This document shows positions 35,342-39,346 of a stretch of DNA of 39,346 nt, one piece after another. The number at the start of each line of letters is the position of its first letter. Position 1 is the first letter of the stretch. The DNA comes from Tubiluchus corallicola (taxonomy: Eukaryota; Animalia; Priapulida). A program made the translations under genes and the position numbers. The DNA lies in the NCBI GenBank assembly GCA_030141605.1, contig JAQGDQ010001156.1, forward strand, positions 1-39,346, read 5' to 3'. Under the pieces are notes generated by a model, which saw only the letters and a list, made by a program, of their open reading frames with translations, did no database searches and was not told where the DNA came from.

Positions 35342-37422
35342 CAGAACGCAGTTTTATGTGTGCAAATTTATTCAGAACGCAGTTTTATGTGTGCAAATTT
35401 ATTCAGAACGCAGTTTTATGTGTGCAAATTTATTCAGAACGCAGTTTTATGTGTGCAAATTTATTCAGAACGCAGTTTTATGTGTGCAAATTTATTCAGA
35501 ACGCAGTTTTATGTGTGCAAATTTATTCAGAACGCAGTTTTATGTGTGCAAATTTATTCAGAACGCAGTTTTATGTGTGCAAATTTATTCAGAACGCAGT
35601 TTTATGTGTGCAAATTTATTCAGAACGCAGTTTTATGTGTGCAAATTTATTCAGAACGCAGTTTTATGTGTGCAAATTTATTCAGAACGCAGTTTTATGT
35701 GTGCAAATTTATTCAGAACGCAGTTTTATGTGTGCAAATTTATTCAGAACGCAGTTTTATGTGTGCAAATTTATTCAGAACGCAGTTTTATGTGTGCAAA
35801 TTTATTCAGAACGCAGTTTTATGTGTGCAAATTTATTCAGAACGCAGTTTTATGTGTGCAAATTTATTCAGAACGCAGTTTTATGTGTGCAAATTTATTC
35901 AGAACGCAGTTTTATGTGTGCAAATTTATTCAGAACGCAGTTTTATGTGTGCAAATTTATTCAGAACGCAGTTTTATGTGTGCAAATTTATTCAGAACGC
36001 AGTTTTATGTGTGCAAATTTATTCAGAACGCAGTTTTATGTGTGCAAATTTATTCAGAACGCAGTTTTATGTGTGCAAATTTATTCAGAACGCAGTTTTA
36101 TGTGTGCAAATTTATTCAGAACGCAGTTTTATGTGTGCAAATTTATTCAGAACGCAGTTTTATGTGTGCAAATTTATTCAGAACGCAGTTTTATGTGCAA
36201 ATTTATTCAGAACGCAGTTTTATGTGTGCAAATTTATTCAGAACGCAGTTTTATGTGTGCAAATTTATTCAGAACGCAGTTTTATGTGTGCAAATTTATT
36301 CAGAACGCAGTTTTATGTGTGCAAATTTATTCAGAACGCAGTTTTATGTGTGCAAATTTATTCAGAACGCAGTTTTATGTGTGCAAATTTATTCAGAACG
36401 CAGTTTTATGTGTGCAAATTTATTCAGAACGCAGTTTTATGTGTGCAAATTTATTCAGAACGCAGTTTTATGTGTGCAAATTTATTCAGAACGCAGTTTT
36501 ATGTGTGCAAATTTATTCAGAACGCAGTTTTATGTGTGCAAATTTATTCAGAACGCAGTTTTATGTGTGCAAATTTATTCAGAACGCAGTTTTATGTGTG
36601 CAAATTTATTCAGAACGCAGTTTTATGTGTGCAAATTTATTCAGAACGCAGTTTTATGTGTGCAAATTTATTCAGAACGCAGTTTTATGTGTGCAAATTT
36701 ATTCAGAACGCAGTTTTATGTGTGCAAATTTATTCAGAACGCAGTTTTATGTGTGCAAATTTATTCAGAACGCATTTTTATGTGTGCAAATTTATTCAGA
36801 ACGCAGTTTTATGTGTGCAAATTTATTCAGAACGCATTTTTATGTGTGCAAATTTATTCAGAACGCATTTTTATGTGTGCAAATTTATTCAGAACGCATT
36901 TTTATGTGTGCAAATTTATTCAGAACGCATTTTTATGTGTGCAAATTTATTCAGAACGCATTTTTATGTGCAAATTTATTCAGAACGCAGTTTTATGTGT
37001 GCAAATTTATTCAGAACGCAGTTTTATGTGTGCAAATTTATTCAGAACGCAGTTTTATGTGTGCAAATTTATTCAGAACGCAGTTTTATGTGTGCAAATT
37101 TATTCAGAACGCAGTTTTATGTGTGCAAATTTATTCAGAACGCAGTTTTATGTGTGCAAATTTATTCAGAACGCAGTTTTATGTGTGCAAATTTATTCAG
37201 AACGCAGTTTTATGTGTGCAAATTTATTCAGAACGCAGTTTTATGTGTGCAAATTTATTCAGAACGCAGTTTTATGTGTGCAAATTTATTCAGAACGCAG
37301 TTTTATGTGTGCAAATTTATTCAGAACGCATTTTTATGTCTGCAAATTTATTCAGAACGCAGTTTTATGTGTGCAAATTTATTCAGAACGCATTTTTATG
37401 TCTGCAAATTTATTCAGTACGC
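35342..37422. repeat. Highly homogeneous 31-bp satellite, ~67 copies
   Basis: Unit CAGAACGCAGTTTTATGTGTGCAAATTTATT. Confidence 0.98.
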
Positions 37423-37865
37423 CTTTTTTCGATTACCTATTTTTTCTCTTGATTTGTTTTGCTTCAAAACTGTGTGAAACCTTTCAATTACGTCACGCAG
37501 ATTAAGCTTTACGCTTCAGCAGTCACGCAGAAGGTGAAAAACATAATTAGAGCAAAGAATGTAATTCATTATTCAAAAAAGCAAAGTCCTTCCTTCCGCT
37601 TCATCAAGTAGAAAACATATAAAAACGCAATAAGATGAAAACACGTAAGCTGTCTATTAAATGGCTTCTCAAAACAATAGAGCATTCCAGTAAGACTGTA
37701 AGACTGCCTCACGCATTTTGTCACGACACGCTATCGTTTTGAAACTCAACAAATTAAAACAATTAATATAAACCAGGTGCTTACTTGTGTTTTAGCTTCT
37801 TTCTGAATTAAACGTTTTAGCATATCATTGTGCGAAATTTTTCAAGTAATAGTATTAATAAATTC

Positions 37866-38294
37866 CTAGAACGTTTTTCCCGCAGGCTGTTTGGCCGAAA
37901 TTTCGAAAAAATCGCGAGTTGGGTCCAGGAAAACGCCCGTTACGGGGCGCCCTGGCCCTCTCGGGAATTCTAAATATACCTACTACACCCACCGCTGAAC
38001 GGGCTATCTATCCATACCCAGCACCACCCTCGGCCTGTTCCCGTTCTCTACATCTCAGGCGTATAACTTTTGCAATTTTTTGCAAAAAACGGTCGAAAAG
38101 GGGGCATTTTTGGACGTTTTTCGCCTCCCCTTTCTCCCGGTGGGCCCGATTCGAAAAATAAACCATCAATGAGACGACACTAGATCGAGACCTTTCTTTT
38201 GATATATAGATCGCCGCAAATGGTGCCCTCGTCGAAGCTGTAGCCTCGAATCTTATATATATATATACCAAGAATATTAATATAAGAGTATAGA
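37866..38294 (-). mobile_element. Possible non-autonomous Helitron-like element
   Basis: The minus strand begins A|TCTATACT with an (AT)n tract, has GC-rich hairpins near the other end and terminates in CTAG. The 3' A|T context is imperfect. Confidence 0.3.
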
Positions 38295-39346
38295 TTATAA
38301 TAACTCCCAATGAGATACGTATACATAGGTCTTACGCATAGGACGATACTATACACCGTTCTCCTAATTTTTTTATTTCAAATGTAGTTTATTGTCACTT
38401 AACATGCATCATGTCCCTGCAAACATCATGCTATAGTAATAAAAACAGTAAAAGAACTACGCGCGCATATTTACAATAAAAGAAATAAAAAGCCACGAAT
38501 ATTAAAAATGACAAATGAGCACTATGAGTGCATGCCAAGTCTTATTTGTCCGCTAAAGTAGACCAATAATCAATTAACATGCTGTGTAGTGGGTGCATAG
38601 GCCCTTTTTGGTTTTAATTTAGTTTTCAATTACTGCCACGATGCTGCCACCTGTTTGTTTATTTAGTAGGCATTTAGCATTTTACAGTAGTTCCTCTTTT
38701 AAAATTGAAGCACCCAATATCCTTCTATGCATTACCATTTTGGCTTTTCGTGAGCTATAGCTTTAGTAGTTGTTTGACATTTTACCTGCCTTTTGGTTCT
38801 CTCCGCCATTGCTGTATTTTTCTGACTGTGATGAGCAATATGACTGTAAATTTCTTACGAATTTATTGTTGTGACATTATTGTTTTTAAGGCTACTTGGA
38901 GTTCTCATTCCTGTCTTTGTAAATGTTAAAGGCTCTAACAACGTTAGTTATTATTAATTAATTTCAATATAGTCTATATAGTTTTTATATCAGTACTTAG
39001 TTATAGCAATACATTTAATCATGCAAATAATTTTCATCTACTCAATGCAAATTAAACTAAATGTTAATAATTGTATTTCAGAATAAAGAAACTTTTGGTC
39101 AACACGTTAAAGTGGTGTTCTGTATCCTTTTCATGCTGTAACCTCATTATGTAAGATACATTGTTGTATTCAAACACATTGTTGTACAGTATACACTTAT
39201 ACTGCAACAATGACGTTTTGCCTTTTTTTAAAAGCATCAAGCGACAGAGAACTTTTAACAGACGACGATAAATTATTCCAGACAATAGCGTTTTTATACA
39301 CGATAAATTGCAAGTTTATATTAGTTCTCTATTTAGGAAGTTGATA

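Noticed and set aside
35337-37505. Three ~700-aa ORFs
   Set aside because: Pure translations of a stop-free 31-bp satellite, with the same peptide in all three frames.
39122-39131. U12-type 5' splice site GTATCCTTTT
   Set aside because: No supportable upstream exon or U12 branch site in the window; likely a chance match.

Overview
AT-rich, repeat-dense genomic DNA from an animal, probably an invertebrate, with spliceosomal introns. It contains three protein-coding genes. ZMAT5 (U11/U12 snRNP 20K) is on + with a single-exon CDS at 654-1157. A DP/TFDP transcription factor is on +, with a probable first coding exon at 4437-4519 spliced to one 1.4-kb exon at 9389-10823. Phosphatidylserine decarboxylase PISD is on -, with 8 coding exons from 30735 to 16441, about 492 aa and an intact LGST motif. 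The remainder is mobile DNA: two copies of a SINE with a 5S rRNA head and RTE-LINE-like body and tail, a probable tRNA-headed SINE with an RTE-type tail, about five Kolobok-like TTAA MITE copies, several hAT-, Harbinger- and pogo-like MITEs, two LINE remnants, and tandem arrays of 11, 31, 42, 68, 80, 84 and 88 bp. Several arrays sit inside or derive from transposon ends. The three ~700-aa ORFs at 35-37 kb are satellite artefacts. I see no clearly novel protein system. The best leads are the 5S/RTE chimeric SINE, satellites born from transposon ends, and the near-intronless TFDP/ZMAT5 pair. All family assignments are by eye and from memory; no searches were run.
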